Positions 8,976 through 20,269 are shown, counted from the stretch's first letter. The stretch is DNA of 40,374 bases from Acidobacteriaceae bacterium (GCA_030050035.1 JASIJW010000604.1:1-40374); one strand, 5' to 3'. Program-made: numbers and translations. The notes: generated by a model from the letters alone, not told the origin.

Positions 8976-9843
8976 CAAGCTTCGCCTCGGCCTGCCCAAA
9001 GGCAGCCTGCAGGACGCGACCATCGCCCTGTTTCGCCGTGCCGGATGGAATATTTACGCCGACGGCCGCTCCTACTTTCCTTCGATTGATGACGCGGACA
9101 TCGAGTGCATGCTCATCCGCGCGCAGGAGATGGCGCGCTACGTGGAGCATGGCGTGCTCGACGCAGGCCTTACGGGCATTGACTGGGTCATGGAAAGCGG
9201 GCTCGATGTCCCCAGCGTGACCACGCTCACCTACGCCAAGCAGAGCCGCCGCAAAGTGCGCTGGGTGCTCGCTGTACCGGAGTCCAGCGGCTTTGAAAAA
9301 GCCGAAGATCTAGAAGGCAAAATCATCGCCACGGAACTGGTGGAAACGAGCAAGCGCTACTTCGCCGCGAAGGGTGTAAACGTGAAGGTGGAGTTCAGTT
9401 GGGGCGCAACTGAAGTAAAGCCGCCCATGCTGGCCGACGCCATCGTTGAGGTAACGGAGACCGGCAGTTCGCTCAAGGCCAACCATCTGAAGATCATCGA
9501 CACCGTGATGGAGAGTGAGACGCATTTGATCGCGTCGAAAGCCGCGCTGGCCAATGCCTGGAAGAAGCAGAAGATCGATCAGATCGCAACCATGTTGCGC
9601 GGCGCTATCGACGCACAGGCGCAGGTGGGCCTAATGCTCAACGTGAAGCGCGCTGATCTCGAAGCCGTGCTCGCGGTGCTGCCGGCGCTCAACTCGCCAA
9701 CAGTTTCGCAACTGAGCGACTCTGAGTGGGTGGCCGTAAACACTATTCTCGAAGAGCGCGTTGCCCGCGACGTGATTCCGCGCCTGAAAGGCGCAGGCGC
9801 TACGGGTATTGTCGAGTATCCGCTGAACAAGGTTGTGCTGTAG
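8968..9843 (+). CDS. hisG: ATP phosphoribosyltransferase, long form
   Basis: [43 protein letters not shown] and a C-terminal regulatory domain; GTG 8968 after GGAGG. Confidence 0.97.
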   Translation: MADKLRLGLPKGSLQDATIALFRRAGWNIYADGRSYFPSIDDADIECMLIRAQEMARYVEHGVLDAGLTGIDWVMESGLDVPSVTTLTYAKQSRRKVRWVLAVPESSGFEKAEDLEGKIIATELVETSKRYFAAKGVNVKVEFSWGATEVKPPMLADAIVEVTETGSSLKANHLKIIDTVMESETHLIASKAALANAWKKQKIDQIATMLRGAIDAQAQVGLMLNVKRADLEAVLAVLPALNSPTVSQLSDSEWVAVNTILEERVARDVIPRLKGAGATGIVEYPLNKVVL

Positions 9844-9948
9844 CAGTTCTTCAATAGGTGCCCGGGCAGAGCCTCCGTCATACCCGGATATGCCTGAAGA
9901 AAACGATGGGGATTGAGCCTCTAAGGGAACCGAAGTCAGGATCGACGC

Positions 9949-11226
9949 ATGAAACTTGTCCGCACCAAAGGCCGCGGCGCACAGGAAACAGCGGCGCTAC
10001 TCAACCAGCTCGAGGAGCGCGGAGGCGCGGCGCTCGATGCCGTGCGTCCCGCGGTGCGCCGCATCGTTGCCGATGTGCGCCGCGGCGGCGATCGCGCATT
10101 GCTTCGCTATGCCGCGCAGTTCGATGGTCTCGCCGGACCCGATGCCATGCGCATTACGCCCGGGGAGATGAATGCTGCATGGCAGACGCTGACACCCGAC
10201 CTGCGCGATGCTCTCTCGACTGCCACCTCGCAGATTCGAGGCTTCGCAAAGCGCCAGCTCCCGAAATCGTGGAACGCGTCGCCCTTTAATGGCCTCACTA
10301 CTGGCCAATTGGTACGGCCGCTCGATGCGGTTGGCTGCTATGTTCCCAGCGGACGTCATCCGCTGCCCTCAACGTTGCTGATGACCGCGATTCCCGCGCA
10401 AGTGGCTGGCGTTCCGCGCATCGTCGTGGTTTCGCCCAAGCCCGCACTCGAAACTCTAGCCGCCGCTCACCTGCTCGGCATCACGGAGTTCTACCGGCTC
10501 GGCGGGGCGCACGCCGTGGCCGCGCTCGCCTATGGCACGGACACGATACCGCGCGTTCAGAAGATCGTTGGTCCGGGTAATCTTTATGTCACCGCGGCCA
10601 AGCGCCTCGTCGCATTCGATTGCGCCATTGACATGCTCGCCGGACCCACGGAGATCGTCATGACCAGCGATCGCGGCAACGCGGGCGAAATCGCGGCCGA
10701 TCTGGTTGCGCAGGCCGAACACGATCCTGAAGCCCTCGCTATCTTTATCACGACGCGCGAGGAGTTGGGCCGCGACGTGTTGGCCCAAGCGAAGCAGCGC
10801 AGCCGCAATAATCCCGTGGCGCGCGAGTCGCTTCGCCGCCATGGCTTCATCATCGTCGCAGCCACAGCCGATGAAGCCCGCGCTATTACCAACCGCCTTG
10901 CGCCCGAGCACCTCACTGTCGATTCCGTGCGCGATCTCGAATGGGTGACAAGCGCGGGCTCGGTCTTTGTCGGCCGCTGGTCGGCGCAGCCCATGGGCGA
11001 TTATATCTCCGGGCCAAATCACACGTTGCCCACCGGCGGCATGGCGCGCGTTCGCGGGGGATTGAGCGTAAACGACTTCGTCAAGCTCATCACCGTGCAG
11101 GAATACGCGCAGCCTGCACTGCGCACGCTTGGGCCAAAGGCCGCGCTGCTGGCCGAAGCCGAAGGCCTCGCCGGCCACGCAGAGGCTATTTACACGCGCC
11201 TGAATTCGAGGAGGTCCCGTGGCTGA
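9949..11226 (+). CDS. hisD: Histidinol dehydrogenase
   Basis: GCYVPSG, KIVGPGNLYV, IDMLAGPTE, QAEHD, APEHL and GDYISGPNHTLPT motifs. Confidence 0.97.
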   Translation: MKLVRTKGRGAQETAALLNQLEERGGAALDAVRPAVRRIVADVRRGGDRALLRYAAQFDGLAGPDAMRITPGEMNAAWQTLTPDLRDALSTATSQIRGFAKRQLPKSWNASPFNGLTTGQLVRPLDAVGCYVPSGRHPLPSTLLMTAIPAQVAGVPRIVVVSPKPALETLAAAHLLGITEFYRLGGAHAVAALAYGTDTIPRVQKIVGPGNLYVTAAKRLVAFDCAIDMLAGPTEIVMTSDRGNAGEIAADLVAQAEHDPEALAIFITTREELGRDVLAQAKQRSRNNPVARESLRRHGFIIVAATADEARAITNRLAPEHLTVDSVRDLEWVTSAGSVFVGRWSAQPMGDYISGPNHTLPTGGMARVRGGLSVNDFVKLITVQEYAQPALRTLGPKAALLAEAEGLAGHAEAIYTRLNSRRSRG

Positions 11227-12316
11227 ATCAACCATCACCGCAGCACCGGCGCCGCGCGCACGCGTGCAGGCCATGAAGGAGTACCATCCCCCGCTCGGCA
11301 GCCGCGATGCGCTGCGCCTTGACTTTAACGAAAACACGCTCGCCTGCTCTCCGCGCGTGCGCGAAGTCCTGGGCCGGATTTCGGCCGGCTCGCTCACGCG
11401 TTACCCCGAGCGCGAGCCCATTGAAGCAGTCGTCGCTGCGCACCTCGGCCTCAACCCAACACAGGTTGCTTTGACCAATGGCGTCGACGAGGCCATTCAC
11501 GTTCTCTTTGAAACCTTCCTCGAGGCGGACGACGAGCTGCTGCTACCGGTGCCCACGTATACCATGTACGAGGTCTACGCATCGTCGACAGACGCACACG
11601 CAGTCACCGTACTTGCCGGCAATGATCTCGCCTTTCCTTTCGAACGCCTGCTGGCATCGATTACGCCGAAGACAAAGATCATTGCTGTTGCGAATCCGAA
11701 CAGCCCGTCGGGTACAACAGCAACGCGAGAGCAGCTCATCGAGCTTGCACGCCGCGCTCCGCAAGCCGTTCTGCTCGTTGATGAGGCGTACTTTCACTTC
11801 CACGGCGAGACCGTAACGGACTTGATTGGTACGATTCCCAATCTTGTCGTCGCAAGGACGTTTTCAAAGGCTTATGGGCTCGCGGGCCTGCGCCTTGGCC
11901 TGCTCGCCGGCCCCGCAGAGCTTATGCGCTGGGTGCGCCGCGTGCTCTCGCCGTACAGCGTGAATTCGCTGGCGCTTGCCTGCCTTCCGCCCGCTCTCGA
12001 AGATCAGGCGTATATCGATTGGTATGTGAGTGAAGTGCTCGCCGCACGCACGGAGTTTGAAGCCGCGCTCGATGCACTCAGGGTGCGCCGCTGGCCGAGC
12101 CGCGCGAACTTCGTGCTGGTAGATATTGGCCCGCAGCACGCTGAATTTGTCCGCCGCATGAAGACGGTCGGCGTCCTTGTCCGCGACCGCTCAAGCGATC
12201 CCGGCTGCGACGGCCGCGTGCGCATCACCATCGGCATACGTGAGCAGATGCGCAACGCAATCGCAGCGCTTAACGAGACCATGACCGCTCTGCGGAAGGA
12301 AAGCGATCTAGAATGA
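11219..12316 (+). CDS. hisC: Histidinol-phosphate aminotransferase
   Basis: LDFNEN, NPNSPSG, VDEAY and [15 protein letters not shown] (PLP lysine); operon context. Confidence 0.95.
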   Translation: MAESTITAAPAPRARVQAMKEYHPPLGSRDALRLDFNENTLACSPRVREVLGRISAGSLTRYPEREPIEAVVAAHLGLNPTQVALTNGVDEAIHVLFETFLEADDELLLPVPTYTMYEVYASSTDAHAVTVLAGNDLAFPFERLLASITPKTKIIAVANPNSPSGTTATREQLIELARRAPQAVLLVDEAYFHFHGETVTDLIGTIPNLVVARTFSKAYGLAGLRLGLLAGPAELMRWVRRVLSPYSVNSLALACLPPALEDQAYIDWYVSEVLAARTEFEAALDALRVRRWPSRANFVLVDIGPQHAEFVRRMKTVGVLVRDRSSDPGCDGRVRITIGIREQMRNAIAALNETMTALRKESDLE

Positions 12317-12939
12317 TGACGAAGCGCAAACAAACTCCACCACGCACGTCAGGCCGCTCTGCAGCCTTCGAACGCAACACGACCGAGACGCAAATTGGGA
12401 TCCGGCTCACCATTGAAGGGCAGGGTCGATACAAAGTCTCGACCGGCATTCGCTTCTTCGACCACATGCTGGAACTGTTCACGCGCCACGGTGCTTTCGA
12501 CCTTGAGCTCAGGTGCAACGGTGATTTAGATGTCGACCAGCACCATACCGTCGAAGACGTCGGCATTGCGCTTGGCGAAGCATTCAACCGCGCACTGGGC
12601 GACAAGCGCGGGATTCTTCGCGCCGGCTATTTTGTCATGCCCATGGACGAGACGCTGGCTATCGCGGCGGTCGACTTGAGCGGCCGCGCCGCTTTCGCCG
12701 TCGAGACAAAGGTGCGCACGCGCCTGGTGGGCGATTTGCAGACAGAGCTGGTCACGGACTTCTTTGAAGGCTTCGCCCGCGGGGCGCGCGCCAATGTGCA
12801 CGTGAAGACAATGTACGGCCGATCAAACCACCACAAGATCGAGGCGATTTTCAAGGCTTTTGCGCGTGCGTTGCGTGTGGCCTGCTCGCGCGACAAGCAA
12901 CTGGGCGAAATGCTGCCCTCGACCAAAGGATTGCTCTGA
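12313..12939 (+). CDS. hisB: Imidazoleglycerol-phosphate dehydratase (monofunctional)
   Basis: [18 protein letters not shown] and [12 protein letters not shown] motifs; no N-terminal phosphatase domain. Confidence 0.97.
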   Translation: MMTKRKQTPPRTSGRSAAFERNTTETQIGIRLTIEGQGRYKVSTGIRFFDHMLELFTRHGAFDLELRCNGDLDVDQHHTVEDVGIALGEAFNRALGDKRGILRAGYFVMPMDETLAIAAVDLSGRAAFAVETKVRTRLVGDLQTELVTDFFEGFARGARANVHVKTMYGRSNHHKIEAIFKAFARALRVACSRDKQLGEMLPSTKGLL

Positions 12940-13559
12940 TGCGCGTCACGGTGATCGACTACAAGGCGGGCAACCTGACCTCGGTGCTCAAAACGCTGAG
13001 CCACCTGGGCGCGGAAACCGTCGTCACGGACGGCAATCTCGCGCTGGTTGAATCAGCGGAACGCATCGTGTTACCGGGCGTGGGTCACTTCGCGACCACC
13101 TCGCGTCTGGACACTACCGGCCTGAGCGGAGCGATCCGCACCGCGATTGCGCGCGGGATTCCCTTTCTCGGCATCTGCGTGGGCATGCAGTGGCTTTATT
13201 CCGGATCGACTGAAGCGCCTGCTCAGCCCGGCCTCGGCTGCTTCGTTGAACAGTGCACGCGCTTTCCGGAAGGCAAGGAAAAAGTGCCGCACGTTGGCTG
13301 GAACTCGCTCGAAATTCGTCCAAATTCACGCCTTCACGCCGGTATCAATCCGGGAGAATTTGTCTACTTCACACACGCCTACAAAGGCCCTGTGACTGCC
13401 GACACCGTAGCCGTTACGCATTACATCGAGCCTTTCGCTGCCGCCGTCGAACGCGGCAATGTGATGGGCGTGCAGTTTCATCCGGAGAAATCCGGCGAAA
13501 CCGGACTCAAGGTGCTGCGGAATTTTCTCAACTGGCGCACGGAGGAAGCTTCATGCTGA
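12939..13559 (+). CDS. hisH: Imidazole glycerol phosphate synthase, glutaminase subunit
   Basis: [22 protein letters not shown] and VQFHPEKS. Confidence 0.97.
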   Translation: MRVTVIDYKAGNLTSVLKTLSHLGAETVVTDGNLALVESAERIVLPGVGHFATTSRLDTTGLSGAIRTAIARGIPFLGICVGMQWLYSGSTEAPAQPGLGCFVEQCTRFPEGKEKVPHVGWNSLEIRPNSRLHAGINPGEFVYFTHAYKGPVTADTVAVTHYIEPFAAAVERGNVMGVQFHPEKSGETGLKVLRNFLNWRTEEASC

Positions 13560-14332
13560 CGAAGCGCATCATTGCTTGCCTCGACGTGCACGCCGGCCGC
13601 GTAGTCAAGGGCGTGCAGTTTGTCGATCTTGTTGATGCCGGTGATCCGGCCACGCAGGCTGCTCGGCACGCGCGCGAAGGCGCTGACGAAATCGTACTGC
13701 TCGATATTACCGCTACGCACGAAGGTCGCCAGACTTTACTCGATACTGTGCGCCGCACGGCGCGTGAGCTCTTCGTCCCGTTCTGCGTGGGCGGCGGCAT
13801 CCGAAGTGCGCGCGATGCCGAGCAGGTTTTTGAGGCGGGGGCTGACAAGGTTAGCATTAATTCTGCCGCGCTTGCCGATCCCACTCTCATCAGCGCCATT
13901 GGTTCGAGCTTCGGTGCGCAGGCCGTGGTCGTCGCCATCGATGCGCGCCGCGATCCTAACGCCGCCGATCCCGTGCGCGATGCGCAAGTCTTCGTCAGCG
14001 GGGGACGCAGACCGGCCGGTCGCCGTGTCGTCGAATGGGCGCGCGAAGCTGAGCAACGCGGCGCCGGAGAAATTCTTCTTACGTCTATGGATTCCGATGG
14101 CACCCGTGCCGGTTTTGATTGTGAGCTGACTGCAGCAGTGAGCGAGGCCGTAAGCATTCCTGTCATTGCGTCAGGCGGCGCAGGCACCGTCGCGCACTTT
14201 GCTGACGTCTTTGCGCGCGGCAAGGCCGATGCCGCGCTCGCGGCCAGCATCTTTCATTTTGGTGTTTCTAGCGCGCGCTCGCTCAAAGAAGAGCTCGCGC
14301 AATCCGGCGTTCCCGTGAGGCTTCCATGCTAA
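13553..14332 (+). CDS. hisF: Imidazole glycerol phosphate synthase, cyclase subunit
   Basis: [45 protein letters not shown] and [10 protein letters not shown]; ATG 13553 after GGAGG. Confidence 0.97.
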   Translation: MLTKRIIACLDVHAGRVVKGVQFVDLVDAGDPATQAARHAREGADEIVLLDITATHEGRQTLLDTVRRTARELFVPFCVGGGIRSARDAEQVFEAGADKVSINSAALADPTLISAIGSSFGAQAVVVAIDARRDPNAADPVRDAQVFVSGGRRPAGRRVVEWAREAEQRGAGEILLTSMDSDGTRAGFDCELTAAVSEAVSIPVIASGGAGTVAHFADVFARGKADAALAASIFHFGVSSARSLKEELAQSGVPVRLPC

Positions 14333-15003
14333 TTCCTTCCATTGACCTGATGGGCGGCCGCATCGTCCAGCTTGTGCAGGGCGAGAAGCTCCGCCTCGCC
14401 TTTGACGATTTCGAGTACTGGATCGAGAAATTCTCGCGCTACCCGATGGTGCAACTCATCGACCTGGACGCCGCCATGCGCCAGGGCGATAACGCTGTGC
14501 TCGTCGAACAGATTTCGAAGCGGCTGCCAGTGCAGGTGGGCGGCGGGATCCACACCAAGGGTCGCGCCCGACATGTGCTGGACTGTGGCGCGCTCCGCAT
14601 TATTGTCGGATCGGCGCTATTCACCGCTGATGGTTTCGTGAATACGGAATTTGCAGCGTCGCTGGCCGACGAAGTTGGCCTCGATCAGATTGTGGCCGGC
14701 GTCGACACCAAGAACGGCCGTATTGCCGTGAAGGGTTGGAAGGCCCAGGTTGAGCTGACACCGGACGATGCTATTCCGCAGCTTGAGAAGTTCGTCGCGG
14801 CATTCCTCTATACGCATGTCGACGGCGAAGGGCTCATGCAGGGCTTTCCGATGGATGTTGCCGCGCGGCTGCGCAAGCTCACCTATCGCCAGGTCGTCGT
14901 CGCCGGCGGCATTCGCAGCCAGCAGGAGATCGACGAGCTCGATGCGATGCGCGTGGATGCTGTCGCCGGTATGGCTGTATACACGAACCTGCTCGCTGTA
15001 TAG
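14326..15003 (+). CDS. hisA: ProFAR isomerase (HisA/HisF TIM barrel)
   Basis: [38 protein letters not shown] and VAGGI; last gene of the his cluster. Confidence 0.88.
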   Translation: MLIPSIDLMGGRIVQLVQGEKLRLAFDDFEYWIEKFSRYPMVQLIDLDAAMRQGDNAVLVEQISKRLPVQVGGGIHTKGRARHVLDCGALRIIVGSALFTADGFVNTEFAASLADEVGLDQIVAGVDTKNGRIAVKGWKAQVELTPDDAIPQLEKFVAAFLYTHVDGEGLMQGFPMDVAARLRKLTYRQVVVAGGIRSQQEIDELDAMRVDAVAGMAVYTNLLAV

Positions 15004-15073
15004 GCGGGCTCATTCTCAAATTGTGGTCTTGCTGACAATCGCCTGCTGTAACATACAGGAAAAATCATAAGCC

Positions 15074-16057
15074 ATGCTGCGCGTCGCCTACCCAGAGACC
15101 ATTTCAGAGGAATTGCTGCGCGACTTCCCTGCAGGAGTCGAGCTGATACCCGTTTCTAACCGCATGGATCATGACGTGGAGGCGGAAGTCTGGATCCCCG
15201 ATCCATACGCTACGCGCGCGCTGAAGACGTGGCCTCACCTGCGCGGAGTACGGCTGGTGTTGTCGATGATGGCCGGCACTGAGTGGATTCCGGCGACTGT
15301 CGGCCCACGCGTCACCATCTGTAATGCACAAGGCGCACACAACGTCTCCACGGCCGAGTGGACGGTTGCGGCGATCTTTGCGGTGCTCAAACAGTTCCCT
15401 CTCTTTCTCGACATCCAGCGTTCGGGCGAGTGGCGCCGGCGCAATGAGGCCAACGCGGCTTACGCGGCCATCTCCGGCGACACGCATCCGCACCATCCGC
15501 CAGTGATGCTCGAGGAATTGACCGGCAAGACGGTGCTGCTTGTCGGCTACGGCGCCATTGGCAAAGAAATCGAGCGGATGCTTGCTCCATTTCGCGTGGA
15601 GATGCTGCGTGTGGCTCGCACCCCGCGCGCGGGCTCGCAGGAAGACCCGGAGGTTCACGCCGTCAGCGAGCTCAATGCTCTCATTCCCAGCGCTGAAATT
15701 GTCGTACTCATTGTTCCCTATACGCCCGAGACACACCAACTCATCAGCTACGAACAACTGGCGCTGATGCAGCAGGGAACGTTGCTGGTGAATGCGGCGC
15801 GCGGCGCAGTGGTGCACACGGAGGCGCTGGTCGACGCGCTGCAGTCGCGCCGCATCCGTGCGGCGCTCGACGTAACCGATCCCGAGCCGCTGCCCGAAGG
15901 ACATCCGCTGTGGAGTTGCCCGAATCTGCTGATCACGCCGCACGTTGCGGCATCTAGCCCGCAATTTGCGCGCCGGGCGTTGCGAATTGCCGCGGCCGAA
16001 CTGCGCCGCTATATGAACGGCGAGCCGCTACGCAACGTAGTTCAGGCGACCATCTGA
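15074..16057 (+). CDS. D-isomer-specific 2-hydroxyacid dehydrogenase
   Basis: GYGAIG Rossmann motif, LVNAARG, ALDVTDPEPLP and ITPHVA. Confidence 0.92.
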   Translation: MLRVAYPETISEELLRDFPAGVELIPVSNRMDHDVEAEVWIPDPYATRALKTWPHLRGVRLVLSMMAGTEWIPATVGPRVTICNAQGAHNVSTAEWTVAAIFAVLKQFPLFLDIQRSGEWRRRNEANAAYAAISGDTHPHHPPVMLEELTGKTVLLVGYGAIGKEIERMLAPFRVEMLRVARTPRAGSQEDPEVHAVSELNALIPSAEIVVLIVPYTPETHQLISYEQLALMQQGTLLVNAARGAVVHTEALVDALQSRRIRAALDVTDPEPLPEGHPLWSCPNLLITPHVAASSPQFARRALRIAAAELRRYMNGEPLRNVVQATI

Positions 16058-16638
16058 GGCACTTCCGCGCGACGCCAGTCTCGCAGGCCAAGTACCGCAA
16101 GCAGCACCAGGCCCGCATAAAGCAGCGCTGTTGCGCGCAGGTCCTTGTACAGATATTCGCCAATGTATATTACATCAATGGCGATCCACAGCCACCAATT
16201 TGCAATATGTTTGCGCGCCTGCCACCAACTTGCGACCAGACTGTAGCTGGTGAGCGCAGCGTCGAGATGCGGCAAAGCAGCTCCCACTCGCACCATTAAC
16301 GCCCCAAGCAATAGAGCACCGACAGCGCCGGCCGCCAAGCCGACGATCCATCCTCGAGCACCGAGCACAACCACGCGCACTTCGCCCTCCGCGCGCACGC
16401 CGCGCCACCAATGCCACCAGCCGTAGAGCGTGAAAACGACAAAGAAGATTTGCAACAGAGCATCGGAATAGAGTTGCGCGCGGTAAAAGACGATGAGGTA
16501 AAGAACATCGGCGAGCAACGTGATCGGCCAGCAGATGAGAAGGCGCCGAGTGGTGAGCCAAATGCCCAGCACGGTTGCGATCATGCCAGCAAGCTCCAGC
16601 CCGTGTTCGCTAAGGTAAGTCACGATCGCCGGCATCAT
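16042..16638 (-). CDS. pnuC: PnuC-family transporter, probable thiamine transporter PnuT
   Basis: Hydrophobic ~200 aa; YGWWHW, LDAALT and ARKHIANWWLWIAID Pnu motifs; last gene of a TPP-riboswitch operon. Confidence 0.9.
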   Translation of the reverse strand: MMPAIVTYLSEHGLELAGMIATVLGIWLTTRRLLICWPITLLADVLYLIVFYRAQLYSDALLQIFFVVFTLYGWWHWWRGVRAEGEVRVVVLGARGWIVGLAAGAVGALLLGALMVRVGAALPHLDAALTSYSLVASWWQARKHIANWWLWIAIDVIYIGEYLYKDLRATALLYAGLVLLAVLGLRDWRRAEVPQMVA

Positions 16639-17867
16639 GCGCGTGCTGCTCCCTGCTTTTTGAGTGGGCGTCGATCTGCCCAGCGGCGCAATGCATCAAG
16701 AAGCTGACGACCGGACTTGCTGTGGAACCATTGCGCGTGCGCTACCAACCACCCTTCGTACGCCATGCGTGCGCTTTCTTCGGAGTGCAGTACGCCGAGA
16801 AAATAATCAACCTCGGAGAGTGCGAACTCCGCATGGCAAAGCGTGAGCATCGGCGCGAGTGCCGCGGCTTCGGCGCCGCGCAACGGTCGCATCTGTTCGT
16901 ATCCCGCCAAAAACGCTTCGAGATGGTTGAAGTGAACTGGCACGCTGTCCGGCCGTGAGGGATTTTCGACCAGCGCCAGCCACTCGACGATGTTGCGCTC
17001 GATGGCGTGCGCCAGATCGTGCACAGCGTTGGTCCGGTCTGCCAATCCAAAGTCGATCACGGCCGCGGCGCGGGCGTTGTCTGTTGAATCACTCCATAGC
17101 AAGTTCGAGGCGTGCAGATCGTTGTGCGTCCACAGAGAGTGGATCTCGGGCAGCAGCGGACGAAGCTCGGCATGAAACGGAGAAAGCAACTCAAGCGCTC
17201 GCTGCGCAGACTCACGCACGATCGCATTCTCGGCCAGCGCTGGTCGAGCGGCAATATAGCGTCGCATCGCTGCGTTCGCATCCGGCTCGGCAAAGACAGT
17301 AAAGCTGGCAACCAGCGGCCGCGCTTTGCGGCGCGGAGCGTCGAAGTCCTCTGCTGCGTAATGCAGCTTTGCCAGCGCCTGGCCGGCAGCGTGCGCGTGA
17401 GCTGCGCTGCGGAACGGCGTCCACGATTGCGCTTCGCCGTAGAGATCGATCCCATGGGCCAGTTCGTGCACTTCATAGGTCCAATCGTCGCGCTCGATTG
17501 CGCTCACGCCTGCAATATTCTGGAGCACACGCGGCACGGATGCGCCGTTCGCTGCCAGGTGCTTCATATAGCGGTGCTCTTCGCGCAGTCCTTCCCCATC
17601 GCGGACAACGCGCGCGTGGCGCTTCACAAATACCCGGCCGCTCTCTGTTCGCACCACGCCCGCCGCCGAGAATGGCCGCGGGCTGGCGAATAGAATCTCA
17701 CGTGGCGCGCCGGCAGCGGAAAACTCCGCCAGCAGCGGACGCAGCTCCTCGATCGTGAGCGGCGTCCAGTCAGGCTCAACCAGTTTACCGTCCAACCCGT
17801 GCGCTTTCACGATTTCGCCCACTGCGACCTTATCACCGGACAATGTTTTTGGCTTGTTCACCCCCAT
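16635..17867 (-). CDS. APH/choline-kinase-fold phosphotransferase, PnuC-associated (candidate thiamine kinase)
   Basis: VFVKRH, HNDLHASN (HxDxxxxN) and VIDFG motifs; overlaps both neighbouring genes. Confidence 0.85.
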   Translation of the reverse strand: MGVNKPKTLSGDKVAVGEIVKAHGLDGKLVEPDWTPLTIEELRPLLAEFSAAGAPREILFASPRPFSAAGVVRTESGRVFVKRHARVVRDGEGLREEHRYMKHLAANGASVPRVLQNIAGVSAIERDDWTYEVHELAHGIDLYGEAQSWTPFRSAAHAHAAGQALAKLHYAAEDFDAPRRKARPLVASFTVFAEPDANAAMRRYIAARPALAENAIVRESAQRALELLSPFHAELRPLLPEIHSLWTHNDLHASNLLWSDSTDNARAAAVIDFGLADRTNAVHDLAHAIERNIVEWLALVENPSRPDSVPVHFNHLEAFLAGYEQMRPLRGAEAAALAPMLTLCHAEFALSEVDYFLGVLHSEESARMAYEGWLVAHAQWFHSKSGRQLLDALRRWADRRPLKKQGAARA

Positions 17868-20236
17868 TAAAAGGTATACCGCGCCGAGGCTCGCACCAGC
17901 GCCGGCGCGCCAAGCCAGATGAACGTGTCCCCGTAGCTTGCGCCCGTATCGGACCAGTACTTTTTGTCGGTGATGTTATCGGCATAGATGCGGAAACTCA
18001 TCCGTCCCTGCTCGCCGCCGGGAGTGTAGCGCAGGCCCAGGCTGAAGAGGTTGTATCCGCCGACGCTGACGGCGTCATCCCGCGTGGCTTCCTTACGGCT
18101 GGTGTAGCTCCAGCCGGGCATCAGCGCGACTCCGCGCAGGTGCGGAGCGGTGACATCGGCAAAGAGCATGGTGCGGAAGCGCGGCACGTTGATCACCTGC
18201 TTATCATCGAAGGAGGACGTGCCGGTGTTCTCGGAGATCGCGCTGATGGCCGCAGCCGAGCCCGTGAGTCGCAGCCAGTTCGCTGCCGTTCCCTGTGCGT
18301 TTAGTTCCAGGCCATCGTGTGTCTCGCGTCCCTCAGACTCGAAGCACAGATCGCCTGGATTTCCGGCGGGGCAAAACGCGTCCGGTCCGTTGAGCACTTT
18401 GGGATAGAAAAACGGCGCGCGCATGCGAAACACATCTGCCGCTAACAGGATTCTCTGTGCAGGCTCGTATTTCACGCCTGTTTCAACCTGGTGAGTATTG
18501 TAGGGGTTCAGAAACTGGCTGGCATTGTCTACCCACCACGGTCCTTGGGGCCCGAGCGAGAGCTGCACGCCGTAGTTGCCGTAGAGGGTGACGTTGCGCA
18601 CGGGGCTGAAGGTGATCGCGTACTGCGGCAGCCACACGGGCTTATCGGTCGGCTGCATTGGCGCTGTTGGGTCCGTTGCCTGCGCAGAATAATTGTGATC
18701 GCGCAGCGCGTCGTAGCGACCGCCGGCGATCAACTGCACGCGGCCGGGAAGTTGCAAGCGATCCTGGAGAACGAACGACGATTGATGGCTGTCTTCCCAT
18801 AGCCGTCGCGGTCCGGCCTGCTCGACCGGACTCTCAATCGGCTCGGGAGCGAGCGGTTGATAGATGTTCTCAGAGCCGATGTACGTGTAGACCGCGCCAT
18901 CCTGCACGATGCCGTCAGGCGAAACAGGATCGGCAATTGAGTAATAGCCGGGTAGCCGCACACTGCGCAGAAACAGCTCGCCGCCTGCTGTAATTACATG
19001 CGTAACGGGGCCGGTCTTCACTTGCCCAGTTGCCATCGCTTCTGTTTCGCCATCCATGCGCAGCTCGCCGGGATCGCGGTAATCATAGATGCCGTAGGTG
19101 CCATCGGGGCAGAAGAAATATGCCGGTGCATCGGGCGCGTTGGGGCAATTTACAGCGTAGCTATTTGGATCGAGTGATGCGCCATAGGCGTAGATCACGT
19201 TGTCCTGAATCAGCGAATGGCTCAGGCTGGCGGCGGCGAAAGCCGTCCACTTGGGTGAGAGCGTCAGGTTAAGACGTGTGCCCGTATTGAAGGTGTCGTA
19301 AGTGTCAGGCGGCGCCCACGACTGCTCGCCAAGCATCGTCGAGCGGTAGATGCGGTTGATATCGGGCAGCGTTGTGCCACCGAGCAACTGGTATCCGCTG
19401 CCGTCGCGCTCGGTTTTGTGCTGGTACTCGAAATTTCCTTCAAGCTCTGCGCGGTCATTGATCTTCCAGTTGGCCGCGCCTGCGCCCATGGCGCGCCAAC
19501 CGGCAGTGCCATCCATGTACGTCTCGATCCGCTCGCCGGCAAGGTTAAGCCGCGCGCCAACCTGCTTGCGGGCGCCGAAGAAGCGGCCAAAATCGCCCGC
19601 GCCGAAGGCTGTGCCGTACTGATCGGTGCCGAGATCGACGGCGCGCACATCCGCAGGTGCTTTGGTGACGTAATCGATCAGGCCCGCGCCGGAAGCCACG
19701 CCGCTTTCCACGCCAGCGAGACCGTTGAGGAACTCGACCTGCTCCTTGTTTTCAAGCGGCACATCCTGTTCGCCGGCGATGGTCATGCCGTTGATCTCAA
19801 GGCCCGTGGCCAGATCAACGGGAAAGCCGCGAATCTGATAGTCGCCGTAATAGCCGACGGGAACGTAATCGTCTTCGACCGAGGCGTCGTTCGTCACCAC
19901 GTCAGAAAGCAGCCGCGCCTGCTGGTCATTGAGCAGGTCGCGCGTCACTACGGTCGCCGAGATCGGCAGATTCTTCAGCGGCTCGGCGCCGAGCGCACCA
20001 ATGGTCACCTGCTCGGGCAGATAGTCGCCGTTCGCCTCGCCATGTACTACGACGGTGGTCGTGACCGGCGAAACGCTTTGCGCAGCGGGCGGATTTGTTT
20101 TCGTGGTATTCGCTGTCTGCGACTGGTTTTGCGCGAACACAGATGCGCCTGCGGTGAGAATCGAGACTGCCAGCAGCCGCACCGCAAACTGGCGCGCTGC
20201 AAATAGGGTGAATCGGAAAACGCGACCTGCGCACAT
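17867..20236 (-). CDS. TonB-dependent receptor, thiamine-regulated
   Basis: Signal peptide, TTVVVHG TonB-box-like segment, plug (YQIRGF), DNITDKKYW and C-terminal F. Start reassigned to ATG 20236 because the ORF-track start (20317) is inside the riboswitch. Confidence 0.92.
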   Translation of the reverse strand: MCAGRVFRFTLFAARQFAVRLLAVSILTAGASVFAQNQSQTANTTKTNPPAAQSVSPVTTTVVVHGEANGDYLPEQVTIGALGAEPLKNLPISATVVTRDLLNDQQARLLSDVVTNDASVEDDYVPVGYYGDYQIRGFPVDLATGLEINGMTIAGEQDVPLENKEQVEFLNGLAGVESGVASGAGLIDYVTKAPADVRAVDLGTDQYGTAFGAGDFGRFFGARKQVGARLNLAGERIETYMDGTAGWRAMGAGAANWKINDRAELEGNFEYQHKTERDGSGYQLLGGTTLPDINRIYRSTMLGEQSWAPPDTYDTFNTGTRLNLTLSPKWTAFAAASLSHSLIQDNVIYAYGASLDPNSYAVNCPNAPDAPAYFFCPDGTYGIYDYRDPGELRMDGETEAMATGQVKTGPVTHVITAGGELFLRSVRLPGYYSIADPVSPDGIVQDGAVYTYIGSENIYQPLAPEPIESPVEQAGPRRLWEDSHQSSFVLQDRLQLPGRVQLIAGGRYDALRDHNYSAQATDPTAPMQPTDKPVWLPQYAITFSPVRNVTLYGNYGVQLSLGPQGPWWVDNASQFLNPYNTHQVETGVKYEPAQRILLAADVFRMRAPFFYPKVLNGPDAFCPAGNPGDLCFESEGRETHDGLELNAQGTAANWLRLTGSAAAISAISENTGTSSFDDKQVINVPRFRTMLFADVTAPHLRGVALMPGWSYTSRKEATRDDAVSVGGYNLFSLGLRYTPGGEQGRMSFRIYADNITDKKYWSDTGASYGDTFIWLGAPALVRASARYTF

Positions 20237-20238
20237 AG

Positions 20239-20269
20239 ACACCTTCGCTCCGTTCTGAAACAAAGGTGC
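20239..20269 (-). promoter_or_regulatory. SD-sequestering hairpin (TPP expression platform)
   Basis: GCACCTTTGTTTC [AGAAC] GGAGCGAAGGTGT forms 13 contiguous pairs (with G-U) covering the RBS, ending 2 nt before ATG 20236. Confidence 0.8.

Noticed and set aside
13253-13552. N-terminal extension of hisF
   Set aside because: It overlaps hisH; the canonical start MLTKRII with an SD is at 13553.
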